Assembly: GCA_038065255.1 (NCBI GenBank)
Contig: JBBTRI010000010.1
Location: forward strand, 59,762 to 123,761
Direction of reading: 5' to 3'
Length of the DNA stretch: 64,000 nucleotides
From: Patescibacteria group bacterium
Lineage (GTDB): Bacteria > Patescibacteriota > Patescibacteriia > JACQRZ01
In this document: positions 21,452 to 32,261 of the stretch, in pieces
Layout: each line of letters opens with the position of its first letter
How positions within the stretch are numbered: position 1 is the first letter of the stretch
The notes under the pieces: model-generated
Told to the model about the DNA's origin: nothing
What the model saw: the letters and a program-made list of their open reading frames with translations, nothing else
Database searches by the model: none
Position numbers and translations under genes: made by a program

Positions 21452-22793
21452 AGAGTACCCACTCTAACGCCCTGTCAATTTTAACATCGCATAGTGTTCC
21501 CAAAAACTCGTTCTGCCCTTTGAATTGCACTCGTTTCATTTCACGTGAGTTACCACTACACATTCCTTTATCAAACGAGTCAACAAGTACTGAAACAACC
21601 TCGCCGACATAGCGCTGATTTTTTTTGAGGACAATTTCTTCCATTATTTTTTGAAGTTCACACCACCGTTCTTTCTTAACATTCTTGGAAATATCGTCCT
21701 TATACATGCGATGTGCGGCAGTACCCGATCGTACCGAATACATAGCCAAGTATGCAATGTCAAAATCGCAGAACGTATAGAGCTCCACGGTCTGTTGAAA
21801 ATCCTGGTCCGTCTCGCCACAGAATCCTACAATAATATCAGTCCCCAATGCAGTTGTCGGTTTTCTCTTTTTTAATTCTGTAATCCGTTCACAATAGTAC
21901 TCAGCCGTATATGGTCTATTCATTCGCTTCAGAACCGCATTACTGCCTGATTGCACCGGCAGATGCACATAATTCATCTGTTTAGGTAGGCAAAGCGCAT
22001 CAAGAGTATCGTTATCCATATATTGCGGATGGGGTGCTGTAAAATGAATTCGTTCAATTCCTGAACACTCATTCAATTCCCATATCAAAGCAGCGAATCC
22101 ATTCTTTGAATGATCAAAGGGGTTGGATAGTGAAAAATATTCCTTATCGGGTGGATTATAGAGATTCACTGTCTGGCCCAATAATGTAATTTCCTTACAT
22201 CCCTGGTCGGCACGAGATCGAACCTCATCTAAAATATCTCTTAACGGTCGATCTTTTTGCTTACCGCGAGCATAGGGAACCACGCAGTAGGTACAAAATT
22301 TATTGCATCCGTTGCTTATGGGAACAAAAGCCTGGGACAAAGACTGGTACGAAGGTTGGATATCAAGATAATGTTTGTACTCATAGTTAGCAATGCTATT
22401 GGGGTCAATAATATCGCTGCGCAACTCACTTAGTCTTTTTGGTAAAAGAACAATTTCTTCTGTCGGAAAAAAAAGATCAACATACTCAAGACGCTCTCGC
22501 AGAACTCCATCTCGATCTCTACCGGGCATACAACCCGTTACTGCAATAATGACTGAGGGATTTTTTTGTTTCAAAACTTCAAATTGAGCCTGGAGGCCAT
22601 AGATCCTATCTTCTGATTTCTGTCGCACCGAACAGGTATTGTAGATGAGTACGTCGGCACCCTCGCTATCATCAGTTTCTCTCATGCCAATCTTTTCAAG
22701 AAGGCCCTTGATTCTTTCCGAGTCGGATTTATTCATCTGACAACCAAGTGTTGTGAGCTTATACGTTCCCGGCATTGTGCTGTAGTTATTCAT
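21435..22793 (-). CDS. miaB: tRNA-2-methylthio-N6-dimethylallyladenosine synthase (radical SAM)
   Basis: GCQMN, NTCSVR, CNKFCTYC, C-terminal TRAM domain; adjacent to miaA. Confidence 0.93.
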   Translation of the reverse strand: MNNYSTMPGTYKLTTLGCQMNKSDSERIKGLLEKIGMRETDDSEGADVLIYNTCSVRQKSEDRIYGLQAQFEVLKQKNPSVIIAVTGCMPGRDRDGVLRERLEYVDLFFPTEEIVLLPKRLSELRSDIIDPNSIANYEYKHYLDIQPSYQSLSQAFVPISNGCNKFCTYCVVPYARGKQKDRPLRDILDEVRSRADQGCKEITLLGQTVNLYNPPDKEYFSLSNPFDHSKNGFAALIWELNECSGIERIHFTAPHPQYMDNDTLDALCLPKQMNYVHLPVQSGSNAVLKRMNRPYTAEYYCERITELKKRKPTTALGTDIIVGFCGETDQDFQQTVELYTFCDFDIAYLAMYSVRSGTAAHRMYKDDISKNVKKERWCELQKIMEEIVLKKNQRYVGEVVSVLVDSFDKGMCSGNSREMKRVQFKGQNEFLGTLCDVKIDRALEWVLYGTKV

Positions 22794-24612
22794 TGGTCAA
22801 CTCAAGAGACTTTGCTGAAATAAGCCGTTGAGCCATTGCCGTAAACGTTTCATACTTCATTACCAGAGGCTCTTCTCGTCCGCGCACGCGGATTGTGAGC
22901 TCATCAAGATTTTCTTCCTTATCACCAATAACGATCATGTAGGGCATTTTTAACTTTTCTGCAGCTCTAATCTTCTTACCCACCGATTCATTTGAATAAT
23001 CTATCTCACATCGAATACCGCATGCAGCAAGTCCTGTCTGTAGTTTTTTACAAGCATCGTGATGCGAAAGCCCAACAGGTATGCCAACAACCTGTACCGG
23101 AGACAACCAGAGTGGAAATCTGCCCGCAAAATGTTCAATCATAATGCCCAAAAATCTCTCAGTTGATCCAAGAATTGCTCGATGTATGACAATGGGGCGT
23201 TTTTTGGTCCCATCCGAATCAGCATATTCGCATTCAAAACGCTCAGGTAAATTGTAATCAAGCTGTATGGTAGAAAGTTGCCATGATCTACCAAGTGCAT
23301 CCTTAAAGATGAAATCGAGCTTCGGACCATAAAATGCAGCTTCACCTTCACACACTATCGCAGTAAGATTGCGGTCACCGACTACTTTTTTCAATGAACG
23401 CTCAGCAGTATCCCAGTACTCCTCACTTCCAATGTACGTGCTTTTATTGTTTGGATTGCGGACAGAAATACTTACGGTATATTCCTCAAAATCAAAAATG
23501 CGATATATGTCTTGAATCATGTCAAGCATCAGAGAAATCTCCGATTCTATCTGGTCAGCAGCACAAAAAACATGGCAATCATCTTGGGTAAGCGCACGGA
23601 CCCTGGTAAGGCCAGACAACTCTCCGGATTTTTCATAGCGGTAATTTGTTGTTGTGCAGGTATAGCGGACAGGAAGATCGCGATAGCTATGAGGAAGCGT
23701 ATTATAGAGCATCATGAAATGCGGACAATTCATTGGCTTTAGATAGTAATCAGCTTCTTCCAAGTGCATTGGCGGATACATTGCATCATACTTATCGAGA
23801 TGTCCCGAAATCTTATAGAGCTGATCCTTGGTAATATGTGGTATCCATATGGGGAGATAGCCGCGCTTTTCTTGCTCATCAGTAATGAGATTCTCAACAA
23901 ATCTGCGTAACAACGCACCCTTAGGATAAAAGAGCGGTAATCCTGGCCCGATATCATCAATAAGAGTAAATAATTCCAAATCCTTTCCAAGCTTACGATG
24001 ATCTCTCTTGGCAGCTTCTTGAAGAAGTGTTTGATACGCATCTAATTCTTCCTTAGAAGCAAAAGCAAGTCCATATATGCGTGTCAGTTGTGGATTTGCT
24101 TCGTTACCTCTCCAATAGGCGCCAGCAAGCTTATGCAGTGCAAATGCGCCAATATCTTTTGTAGACGCCACGTGGGGGCCTCTGCAAAGGTCAACGAAAT
24201 CTCCTGTGCGATATACAGATACAAGCGTATCACCCTTCGAAGTGGAAAGAGCCTCTTCTTTTTGGTCATCTATCAGAGTACTGCCATATTTCTCTATATC
24301 CTCGATTAATTCAACTTTATAATCCTGTTTTAATGATGTGAATAATTTTTTTGCATCACTCAGTAGCATTTCTTCTCGAACAAACGGGATATCACGTTTT
24401 GCTATCTCTCTCATTTCTTTTTCTATTTTTTTAAAATCATCAGTGCTAATAGGAACGGGACTTTCTATGTCATAGTAAAAGCCATGTTCAACAACGGGCC
24501 CAACGCCAAGCTTGGCACCCTTATAAAGATTCATCAATGCTGCAGCAAGAAGATGCGCCGTAGAATGGCGCATCATCTCAAGAGAATGTGTTTGTGGTGA
24601 TGATATACTCAT
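22786..24612 (-). CDS. thrS: Threonine-tRNA ligase (lacks N-terminal TGS domain)
   Basis: RHSTAH, DLCRGPH, RDHRKLG, KPMNCP, GEAAFYGPK. Confidence 0.98.
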   Translation of the reverse strand: MSISSPQTHSLEMMRHSTAHLLAAALMNLYKGAKLGVGPVVEHGFYYDIESPVPISTDDFKKIEKEMREIAKRDIPFVREEMLLSDAKKLFTSLKQDYKVELIEDIEKYGSTLIDDQKEEALSTSKGDTLVSVYRTGDFVDLCRGPHVASTKDIGAFALHKLAGAYWRGNEANPQLTRIYGLAFASKEELDAYQTLLQEAAKRDHRKLGKDLELFTLIDDIGPGLPLFYPKGALLRRFVENLITDEQEKRGYLPIWIPHITKDQLYKISGHLDKYDAMYPPMHLEEADYYLKPMNCPHFMMLYNTLPHSYRDLPVRYTCTTTNYRYEKSGELSGLTRVRALTQDDCHVFCAADQIESEISLMLDMIQDIYRIFDFEEYTVSISVRNPNNKSTYIGSEEYWDTAERSLKKVVGDRNLTAIVCEGEAAFYGPKLDFIFKDALGRSWQLSTIQLDYNLPERFECEYADSDGTKKRPIVIHRAILGSTERFLGIMIEHFAGRFPLWLSPVQVVGIPVGLSHHDACKKLQTGLAACGIRCEIDYSNESVGKKIRAAEKLKMPYMIVIGDKEENLDELTIRVRGREEPLVMKYETFTAMAQRLISAKSLELTNE

Positions 24613-24614
24613 TG

Positions 24615-25760
24615 CTATTCCTCATTTTGGACAATGATATTAATATGGTCATGCAGTAATGGTGTCCGAGTCACCCAAAAAGGATAGAAACGCACATGAA
24701 TATTACTGATGCCTGGCATATCTTGAAAGTACGATACGACTTGGTTAATCGTCTTGCCAGTCAACGCCCTTTTTTCAAGGGAAAGATATTCCGCACTTTT
24801 CATCTGACCAGACTTCAAGCGAACGGTAAGTATTGCTTTTACGGCCTGCCGATCAATATCTTCAAGACTATACTCTAGGGAATCTATGTCAAGTGGAATA
24901 AGTTGATAACCACTTGGCAATTCCTTTGCTAATACCTGTTCGATATATGTCTTAACAGCATACTGATCAAAAAGCACACCGGTAAGCTGTTCCTTAATAT
25001 TCATTGTAAACGACTCAGCTGTAGCGCCAATGGGCTTATCAACAGACTGAGAAAGAACCTTTGATGATAGGATTGATTTTAATGCCTGTGGTTTAAATGG
25101 TAGTTGGGTCTGCGCCAGTGTTAAAAATTTTTCTTGAAGCGAGGTATCAAGTTCTCCTGCTGCACGATCAATATCATTCTGCGATACTACATACACACGC
25201 TTCACCCCTCCTTCAGCCTGCTCAAAACCCTGACCATAAATGCTGTTTTGCAGCCCGGGCCAAAGCCCCGGTAACGTAAACCGCGCACTACTCAGAGAAC
25301 CGACTTCCCCTTCTTCATCTGCAACAACTGGTATGCGAAAACTCCCCTTTGGCGGTATGGTAGCAAATTCAGTTGTGCGGAAAAGCACACCATCAACTGA
25401 AAGAAGTCGAGTTGTTTTTCGCAATGCTTGTGGTTTTTGGGTTGAATTTATTACGGTAATAAAACCCTGAGACTTCTGAACGAGAGAAGTGGATTCTTTG
25501 GGAGAATAGGTGCCCTGCGCATCCATTTCCTGTGTAATAATCTTACCCTGGAGCACCCCTTGCTCATCATTGGTCACATCTGCAATCCGTACCGTTACCG
25601 TTCTCTCTTGAACTTGCTTCTGCTGTGTAAGAACAATGGTTGCCCAACTGAACGTAATATAAAAAACAGCAGCCACAAGAATAAGAGAAATGACAATAAA
25701 ACTTGTGGCAAGCTTGCTGTAGAATTTAGTCCTAGGTTGTTCTTTATGAGGGAAAAACAT
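24615..25760 (-). CDS. Membrane-anchored hypothetical protein (CPR baseplate-J-like family)
   Basis: N-terminal transmembrane helix, TRLLSVDGVLFRT, FTLPGL, C-terminal PFWV. Confidence 0.6.
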   Translation of the reverse strand: MFFPHKEQPRTKFYSKLATSFIVISLILVAAVFYITFSWATIVLTQQKQVQERTVTVRIADVTNDEQGVLQGKIITQEMDAQGTYSPKESTSLVQKSQGFITVINSTQKPQALRKTTRLLSVDGVLFRTTEFATIPPKGSFRIPVVADEEGEVGSLSSARFTLPGLWPGLQNSIYGQGFEQAEGGVKRVYVVSQNDIDRAAGELDTSLQEKFLTLAQTQLPFKPQALKSILSSKVLSQSVDKPIGATAESFTMNIKEQLTGVLFDQYAVKTYIEQVLAKELPSGYQLIPLDIDSLEYSLEDIDRQAVKAILTVRLKSGQMKSAEYLSLEKRALTGKTINQVVSYFQDMPGISNIHVRFYPFWVTRTPLLHDHINIIVQNEE

Positions 25761-25769
25761 ACATTAGGT

Positions 25770-28700
25770 TTATTGTTTCACTTGGTTTTGAGAAAGTGCT
25801 GCAATCATAGAGTTTGTTACTTCACGAACCTTGCCGCATATGAGCTTACTATCGGAATCCTTACGAGAAAGTCTTCCTTCAACCGCCAAAATAATGTCCT
25901 CTCTCCAAAGCTCTGAAGAATCTTTCAGTATACTAGGAAATACAATGACCTCGATAGTATCAGAGAGGTCTTCAAGAGTTACAAAGAGCATCTGTTCATT
26001 CTTTTTTGTCAAAATCTTTTTCATTGATGCAACAACACCGCAAATGCGCACCTGGGTATTTTCTCGCTGCTGCTTTGCCTGCTGGCACGGAATCACATAA
26101 CGTTGCATGACATCCATTACTCCATGGAGTGGGTGCGCGCTCAAGTACAGGCCAAGAAGTTCCCTTTCCCACGATAGGGGAATTTTTGGATCAAGGGCTT
26201 CTGAAGGTGAAAGTACTAGTGATGCTTTTCGAAACGTATCTCCAAATAAGCTTGCTTGATTCCCCTGGCGTTCATTGTTGAGGCTCTTTGCAAATGAAAG
26301 GAGCTTATCACAATTATACATCAGTTGTCCCCTATCGCCAAATCTGTCAAGGGCACCGCAGCGAATAAGGCTTTCCAGAGATTTTTTATTTAAATCTTTA
26401 TCATTGACTCGCTCAAGAAAATCTTCCAGTGTCGCAAAGGGACCATGTTCTTTGCGTTCAGTAACAATAACTTCCGCAATGTGTTCGCCGACATTTTTAA
26501 TTGCTCTAAGCCCAAAACGAATGGATTCTTGGCTATTGTTTTTGTTTCCAACAACAGTAAACGATGTATAGCTTTCGTTGATATCAGGAAGAAGCACTGG
26601 CATGCCCATTTGCCTGCACTCTTCAATTTCAATTGAAATTCTATCCATATTCTGCTCATCTGCAGTCAGTAATGCAGCCATAAACTCTGCAGGGAAATGA
26701 GCCTTCATATATGCAGTGTAATACGCTATCATGGCATAGCATGCGGCATGAGACCTATTAAAACCATATCCTGCGAATGGCTCAATGAAGTCAAAAACTT
26801 TTTCTGCAAGGTTTTTTGGGACTTCATTTTTTAAGCATCCTGCTACAAATTTTTGTTTTTGCTCTATGAGAAGCTTTGCAATCTTTTTTCCTACTGCTTT
26901 TCGCAAAACATCCGCCTCACCGAGTGTAAACCCCGCCAGGTCTTGTGCTATTTTCATAAGCTGCTCCTGATAGACAGCCACTCCGTATGTTTGCTCAAGA
27001 ATAGGCTTGAGCTTTGGATGAAGATACTCAGGAATTTTTTTGCCATGTTTCCCTGCAATATAATCGGGAATAAGCTCCATGGGTCCGGGACGATAGAGCG
27101 CAACCATTGCAATAACATCTTCGATATGTGTTGGCTTGAGTAGCTTGAGATAGCGTTTCATGCCTGCACTTTCAAGTTGAAACACACCCGTCGTCTTCCC
27201 TTGCTGAAGTAATCGGTAGGTTTTCCGATCATTTAATAGAAGTGTGTCATAATCAATTTTTACTCCTTTCGTATGTTGAACAAGATTTTTTGCATGCTCC
27301 AAAATTGTTAAATTACTCAATCCTAAGAAATCAAACTTCAGCAATCCTAAATCCTCCACGGGATGTAGTGAATACTGCGTAATAACCGTCTTATCATCGG
27401 GTGAGGCATATTGGCATGGCACATACTCCGTAAGCGGCTCAGGCGTAATGACAACGCCGCAGGCATGCACAGATGTATGCCGAGCAACACCCTCGAGCCT
27501 TCGCGCAATTTGTATGATTTCTTTTGCTTGATCGTTTGTAGCGGCAAGTTCGCGTAATTCAGGAACTGCTTGTACGGCTGCATCAAGCATCATGTTTTGT
27601 GGAATTAGTTTTGCCAACTGATCACAAAAGGAATACTGCGCGCCAATAACACGTCCAACATCACGCACCGATACGCGAGCTGCCATTGTTCCAAATGTGA
27701 TAATTTGAGCAACGTGGTCTTTGCCATATTTTTCTTCAATATATCCCAATACTTCATCTCTACGGCTATCTGCAAAATCAAGATCAATATCAGGCATTGA
27801 TACGCGCTCCGGATTGAGGAAGCGCTCAAAAAGTAGATCATACAGTATCGGATCAACATTGGTGATTCTGAGAAGATACGCAACCAAACTCCCGGCAGCA
27901 CTACCACGCCCCGGTCCCACAACAATCCCTTGTTTTTTTGCCCAATTTACAAAGTCCTGAACAATCAAAAAATAGGCTGGGTACCCTGCCTTCAGAATGA
28001 CGGCAAGTTCATACTCAAGACGTTCCCGCTGTATATCTGTTATGGCATCACCAAACCTGCTCTGCATACCATCTTCACACATTTTGCGAAGTTCTTGCTC
28101 TGGAGTCACTCCATCAGGCAATGAATAGGTCGGCAGTACAATTTTTCCAAGAGGTATATCTAGTTCTACCTGATCTGCAATGAGAACAGTATTACTAATT
28201 GCTTCAGGGGTATCCTTAAATGCTTCAATTGTTAGTGAACCGTCGCCGAATGAAAAATCTTCGCCAAGCATACAGAGCCTGTTTTTATCGTTACGGTCTT
28301 TTTTTGTCTGAAGACAGAGGAGTACGTCATGTGCTGTGGCATCCTCGGGAATAAGATAATGTGAATCGGTTGTTGCAATAAGCTTTACGCCCATCTCACG
28401 AGCAAGTGAAATGAGTCCGGCATTCACAGTATGCTGTTCCGGCAAATTTTTGTGGTGTTGGAGCTCAAGAAAAAAATTATCACCAAAGATATCTAAATAG
28501 CGTTGGAGTTCCTCGTGGCCACTCCTTCCACTAAGCACCGCCTGGCCAATCTGGCTATTAATACATGCACTTGTTGCTATGATACCTTCCGAATATTTCT
28601 CCAAAAGTTCAAAATCAACTCGCGGTTTATAATAAAATCCTTCAAGGTGCGATAGTGTGACAAGTTTTAAAAGATTTTTGTAGCCTGCATGGTTTTTTGC

Positions 28701-28973
28701 AAGGAGTATGAGATGAAAACGCTCGTCATCTTCTTTGCCCTGCTTACGGAAACGTCCACGAGATGTGATATATGTCTCAACTCCGATAATAGGCTTAATC
28801 CCTGTTTTTTTGCATGCCTGATAAAATTCAATAGCGCCATAGAGCGATCCATGGTCTGTCAAAGCGAGTGCGCTCATACCAAACTCCTTAGCGCGTGCAA
28901 CAAGTTCGCCTATTCGAGCAAGACCATCGAGAAGACTGTAGTGACTATGGACATGGAGCTGAACAAAATTCAT
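25770..28973 (-). CDS. dnaE: DNA polymerase III alpha subunit
   Basis: PHP domain HVHSHYSLLDG, GPGRGSAAGS, MPDIDLDF, GYGFNRSH. Confidence 0.98.
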   Translation of the reverse strand: MNFVQLHVHSHYSLLDGLARIGELVARAKEFGMSALALTDHGSLYGAIEFYQACKKTGIKPIIGVETYITSRGRFRKQGKEDDERFHLILLAKNHAGYKNLLKLVTLSHLEGFYYKPRVDFELLEKYSEGIIATSACINSQIGQAVLSGRSGHEELQRYLDIFGDNFFLELQHHKNLPEQHTVNAGLISLAREMGVKLIATTDSHYLIPEDATAHDVLLCLQTKKDRNDKNRLCMLGEDFSFGDGSLTIEAFKDTPEAISNTVLIADQVELDIPLGKIVLPTYSLPDGVTPEQELRKMCEDGMQSRFGDAITDIQRERLEYELAVILKAGYPAYFLIVQDFVNWAKKQGIVVGPGRGSAAGSLVAYLLRITNVDPILYDLLFERFLNPERVSMPDIDLDFADSRRDEVLGYIEEKYGKDHVAQIITFGTMAARVSVRDVGRVIGAQYSFCDQLAKLIPQNMMLDAAVQAVPELRELAATNDQAKEIIQIARRLEGVARHTSVHACGVVITPEPLTEYVPCQYASPDDKTVITQYSLHPVEDLGLLKFDFLGLSNLTILEHAKNLVQHTKGVKIDYDTLLLNDRKTYRLLQQGKTTGVFQLESAGMKRYLKLLKPTHIEDVIAMVALYRPGPMELIPDYIAGKHGKKIPEYLHPKLKPILEQTYGVAVYQEQLMKIAQDLAGFTLGEADVLRKAVGKKIAKLLIEQKQKFVAGCLKNEVPKNLAEKVFDFIEPFAGYGFNRSHAACYAMIAYYTAYMKAHFPAEFMAALLTADEQNMDRISIEIEECRQMGMPVLLPDINESYTSFTVVGNKNNSQESIRFGLRAIKNVGEHIAEVIVTERKEHGPFATLEDFLERVNDKDLNKKSLESLIRCGALDRFGDRGQLMYNCDKLLSFAKSLNNERQGNQASLFGDTFRKASLVLSPSEALDPKIPLSWERELLGLYLSAHPLHGVMDVMQRYVIPCQQAKQQRENTQVRICGVVASMKKILTKKNEQMLFVTLEDLSDTIEVIVFPSILKDSSELWREDIILAVEGRLSRKDSDSKLICGKVREVTNSMIAALSQNQVKQ

Positions 28974-28975
28974 AA

Positions 28976-29290
28976 TTATTCATCGGCAGACTCTTTGTTT
29001 TCTAATACTGCCTTCTTTCTCTTAGGCGATTTTTTATATTTTTGGTACATACTACTTGCAGTTTTGATGCCTTGCACAAACAATTGAAACGAGTCGCTGA
29101 TTGTTGAAAAACGATGCATAAATGAATCCCAGCTTTTTGATACTGAGTTACATGAATCTTCAATCGCATCAAGAAGTTGATAGATTCTTTTTAAAATTTG
29201 AATCAAGTAATAAAGCGCCGAGCAAGCAAAACAAGAAACTACTACTACTGAAAATGTGGTAAGAAATGCGAAGAGATCAGCGCTTGTCAT
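28976..29290 (-). CDS. Small membrane-anchored coiled-coil protein
   Basis: Transmembrane helix plus helical tail; ends 2 nt before the dnaE start. Confidence 0.65.
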   Translation of the reverse strand: MTSADLFAFLTTFSVVVVSCFACSALYYLIQILKRIYQLLDAIEDSCNSVSKSWDSFMHRFSTISDSFQLFVQGIKTASSMYQKYKKSPKRKKAVLENKESADE

Positions 29291-29329
29291 AGAAGGTATA
29301 AAGCTATGATTAAAAAGAGTATTGATGTT

Positions 29330-30394
29330 TTATAGCCTGCCATCTAGCTCAACAGTATGTTCTTTTCTATCGGAAGTAAGATACGTCAGAGTAATAGCGT
29401 CTTTGACGGTATATTGCGCGATAAGTTCTGATAAGCTTTGGTTTTCATTTATTTCTTCTCCATTAACCTTTGTAATGATATCACCGCTATACAGCGTGGT
29501 GCGCGGTCCTTTTGATAGAAGTTGAATGCCGTTTTTATCTGCAACAATCAATGCTCCCATTTGTGGTTTTTGAGATAGAGCTGGTGTTGCTGCAAGATCA
29601 ATGTAAGAAATATTCAAATCCATGCGTTTAATAGTGCCCGTCCTCAAGAGACGCTCCAAGGAGTCGTGAATATAATAACTTGGAAGGATGTTTGAATCAA
29701 CGAATAGTCCTAGCAGTTGAGCGTCTTCGGTAAAAACAGGAGAACCATTTGGATAATCATTCGACGCGGTAAGATATGCTTTTTCCAGTGTATCAGAATT
29801 TCGAATAAAACTATCTTTGACAGAAGTAGGATACGATCGGCGAATGGTTAAAATACGATCTATGGTTTTACGCGGTATGACAACATAGCTTTGCCGGGCT
29901 TCGAAGGATTGCTCTTTTGAAACAAAATCAGTTGAACCAAAGCCCGTGCCCTCCATCTTAAGAAAATCAACTCCAAGTGCAACATCGGTGATTCTTCGCA
30001 CAATGGGTGCGCTTGATCCGTCGGATCGAACAGCAAAGAGATTCTCATTTGAAGCATTTACCACTTTAGGGCAAGCAATCCAGCCATCGCTAGTGAGAAT
30101 GATACCAAATGACTGAATCATTGAGTTTGTTAATCGCTGTTTTGCTTGCCCAACAGCAATACTCACGACAATCGGATTGGTTCGCTTATAGAGAGATTCA
30201 AGCGTTCCATCGCTTTTTTTTGACACAGGTTGTTCGATAATAAACGAGTGGGGTTGTATATCCTCAAACGATAGAGGTTGGATCGCAAATAACCCCCCCA
30301 CATAACCAGAAAGCAGCGAAACGCCAACAAATAGAATAAATGCAAACAATCGATACGCAAGGGACTGATGAGTAAAGGTCATAATTATCTCCAT
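29330..30394 (-). CDS. HtrA/S1C trypsin-PDZ-like protein with degenerate catalytic residues
   Basis: GIILTSDGWI, GSPVF and PDZ segment GDIITKVNG. Start may be 30382. Confidence 0.75.
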   Translation of the reverse strand: MEIIMTFTHQSLAYRLFAFILFVGVSLLSGYVGGLFAIQPLSFEDIQPHSFIIEQPVSKKSDGTLESLYKRTNPIVVSIAVGQAKQRLTNSMIQSFGIILTSDGWIACPKVVNASNENLFAVRSDGSSAPIVRRITDVALGVDFLKMEGTGFGSTDFVSKEQSFEARQSYVVIPRKTIDRILTIRRSYPTSVKDSFIRNSDTLEKAYLTASNDYPNGSPVFTEDAQLLGLFVDSNILPSYYIHDSLERLLRTGTIKRMDLNISYIDLAATPALSQKPQMGALIVADKNGIQLLSKGPRTTLYSGDIITKVNGEEINENQSLSELIAQYTVKDAITLTYLTSDRKEHTVELDGRL

Positions 30395-31149
30395 CTACTT
30401 GTGAGTAGTACTAATAGTAGCATAGCGAGAGTAATTGCGACAGACGAAAGTACGGATCGAACTGTCTGCTCTCGTTTGAGGGTTGAATACCCTATTTGAT
30501 TAATCAGGAAAAAAGGAATTGTAAGAAAAAATGCTTTGGGAATAAAATGAGTTGGAAACCAATGGATTGCAAATGCGCTTTCAACGATAATAAGTGTTTG
30601 GACAGCAGTGAATCTCCAAAACTGCCGAATATCACACTCATGTATCACAAGCTGTTGAACGAAGAAGAGTGCAGTAACTATTGCAAATGGAATAATAAGA
30701 AAAGATAGTTTATACTCAACGTAATAAATGAGTCCAAAAAGCAGAATGGATAGATTAAGAAATGAAATCACATGGAGCACCATGGTAATGTGCCAATAGG
30801 ATCTCACTTGGTACTGCTCCTGCTTATAGAGCAGAAAATAGAGGTTTATCAGGTAGAGCCATTGGAATAGTGCATTACTCGCAATGATAGTATTACGAAG
30901 ATACGATTCTTCAACAATAAACAGTGACGAAGCTGCACTACAATATAACAAGAGTGCCGGAAGAGCATACCATACGATCTTCATCCGTTGAATGTTCTTT
31001 TTAAAAAAAAGTGTAAGTAACGCATCCAAAAGAATTACACCTCCAAAAGCAATCGCAAGATAATGAGATGGAAATGCGAGTCCTATTTTTAATACAAGGG
31101 TTTGGAGGACTGGCAGAAACAAGAGAAGTAGAATTCGCACTGTTTTCAT
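30385..31149 (-). CDS. Polytopic membrane protein (DUF5656-like)
   Basis: Multiple transmembrane helices; C-terminal LTSRW. Confidence 0.65.
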   Translation of the reverse strand: MKTVRILLLLFLPVLQTLVLKIGLAFPSHYLAIAFGGVILLDALLTLFFKKNIQRMKIVWYALPALLLYCSAASSLFIVEESYLRNTIIASNALFQWLYLINLYFLLYKQEQYQVRSYWHITMVLHVISFLNLSILLFGLIYYVEYKLSFLIIPFAIVTALFFVQQLVIHECDIRQFWRFTAVQTLIIVESAFAIHWFPTHFIPKAFFLTIPFFLINQIGYSTLKREQTVRSVLSSVAITLAMLLLVLLTSRWR

Positions 31150-32261
31150 AGTGAGGTATGGTAGATTTGAGAAGTCTTAAAAGCATTGGTCTTCCACGAA
31201 TACCGACCCAACAATCCCTGTCCACGTGTGATAAGATTATTTCTCAAATGTACGTCAGTATCAAGTTTTTTTAACGCGTCAATCATATCACATGGATTAA
31301 GCGGGTCAATATACAGACAGGCTGTTCCAAGAATTTCTTGAAACACCGGTATGTGGGATACAATAACAGGCGTTCCCAATAGGGCTGCTTCCAGAGGTCC
31401 GAATCCAAATCCCTCTTCGAGAGATGGAAAAAGTGCCGCATGTGCATTGCGGTACAGTATTGCAAGCTGATCATCAGATACATACCCCAAATGCACTATA
31501 CTATCCTCAAGTCCCCTTTTTTTAATTTCTTCAACGACTCGATTTTTAAAATAATCCTCTTGCCCGCATAAGACTAGCTGCATGGGGCTTCCTTCTATTT
31601 TTAGCTTCTCAAAAACCGTAAGAAGATATCCTATATTTTTGTGTGGATAGGCATTCCCCACATTAATACAGTATGGTTTTCGGACACAAGGTGGCAGTGG
31701 TAGCTCCCTACCGCGCTCATTAAGTTGTACGCCTTCGTGAACAACATACAGTCGCTCTTGAGGAATGGTAAGATAGCGCATAATGTCATTTTTTACCGAA
31801 TCTGAAACTGCAATGATGGCTCGCGCACGCCTACAAGCACTACGGAGAACAAAGAGATATGCTGCGTACTTTAATGCATGAATGGATGGATGTCTTGTTG
31901 AAGCAGCACTTTTTGATGATTCAGCGTGTTTTATCATAATCAGATCATGCAGCGTAAGAACGAATTTTTTTGGATAGAATATGGGTACATTAAAATGCGG
32001 AAAATGCATAATATCAACGTTATGCGTCAGAAACACAATAGGTGCAATACATTGTTCCGCAAGAGAATACCACGGGATATCGATGCAAACTTTTTTGAAA
32101 TGCGTATTGGTTGGCATGTATACATTCATCATTTCCTTCCGCAAAAAAATTACATACTCATCATCGGTCTGTAGCTGCTCAAGATGAAGCAAAAGCTGCT
32201 CAATATACCGCCCTATTCCGAGTCCCGCCTTATACAATCGTGCGTCAATTCCTATGCGCAT
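31146..32261 (-). CDS. Glycosyltransferase family 4
   Basis: IGIDAR, VGNAYPHKN, PSLEEGFGFGPLEA. Confidence 0.92.
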   Translation of the reverse strand: MRIGIDARLYKAGLGIGRYIEQLLLHLEQLQTDDEYVIFLRKEMMNVYMPTNTHFKKVCIDIPWYSLAEQCIAPIVFLTHNVDIMHFPHFNVPIFYPKKFVLTLHDLIMIKHAESSKSAASTRHPSIHALKYAAYLFVLRSACRRARAIIAVSDSVKNDIMRYLTIPQERLYVVHEGVQLNERGRELPLPPCVRKPYCINVGNAYPHKNIGYLLTVFEKLKIEGSPMQLVLCGQEDYFKNRVVEEIKKRGLEDSIVHLGYVSDDQLAILYRNAHAALFPSLEEGFGFGPLEAALLGTPVIVSHIPVFQEILGTACLYIDPLNPCDMIDALKKLDTDVHLRNNLITRGQGLLGRYSWKTNAFKTSQIYHTSL

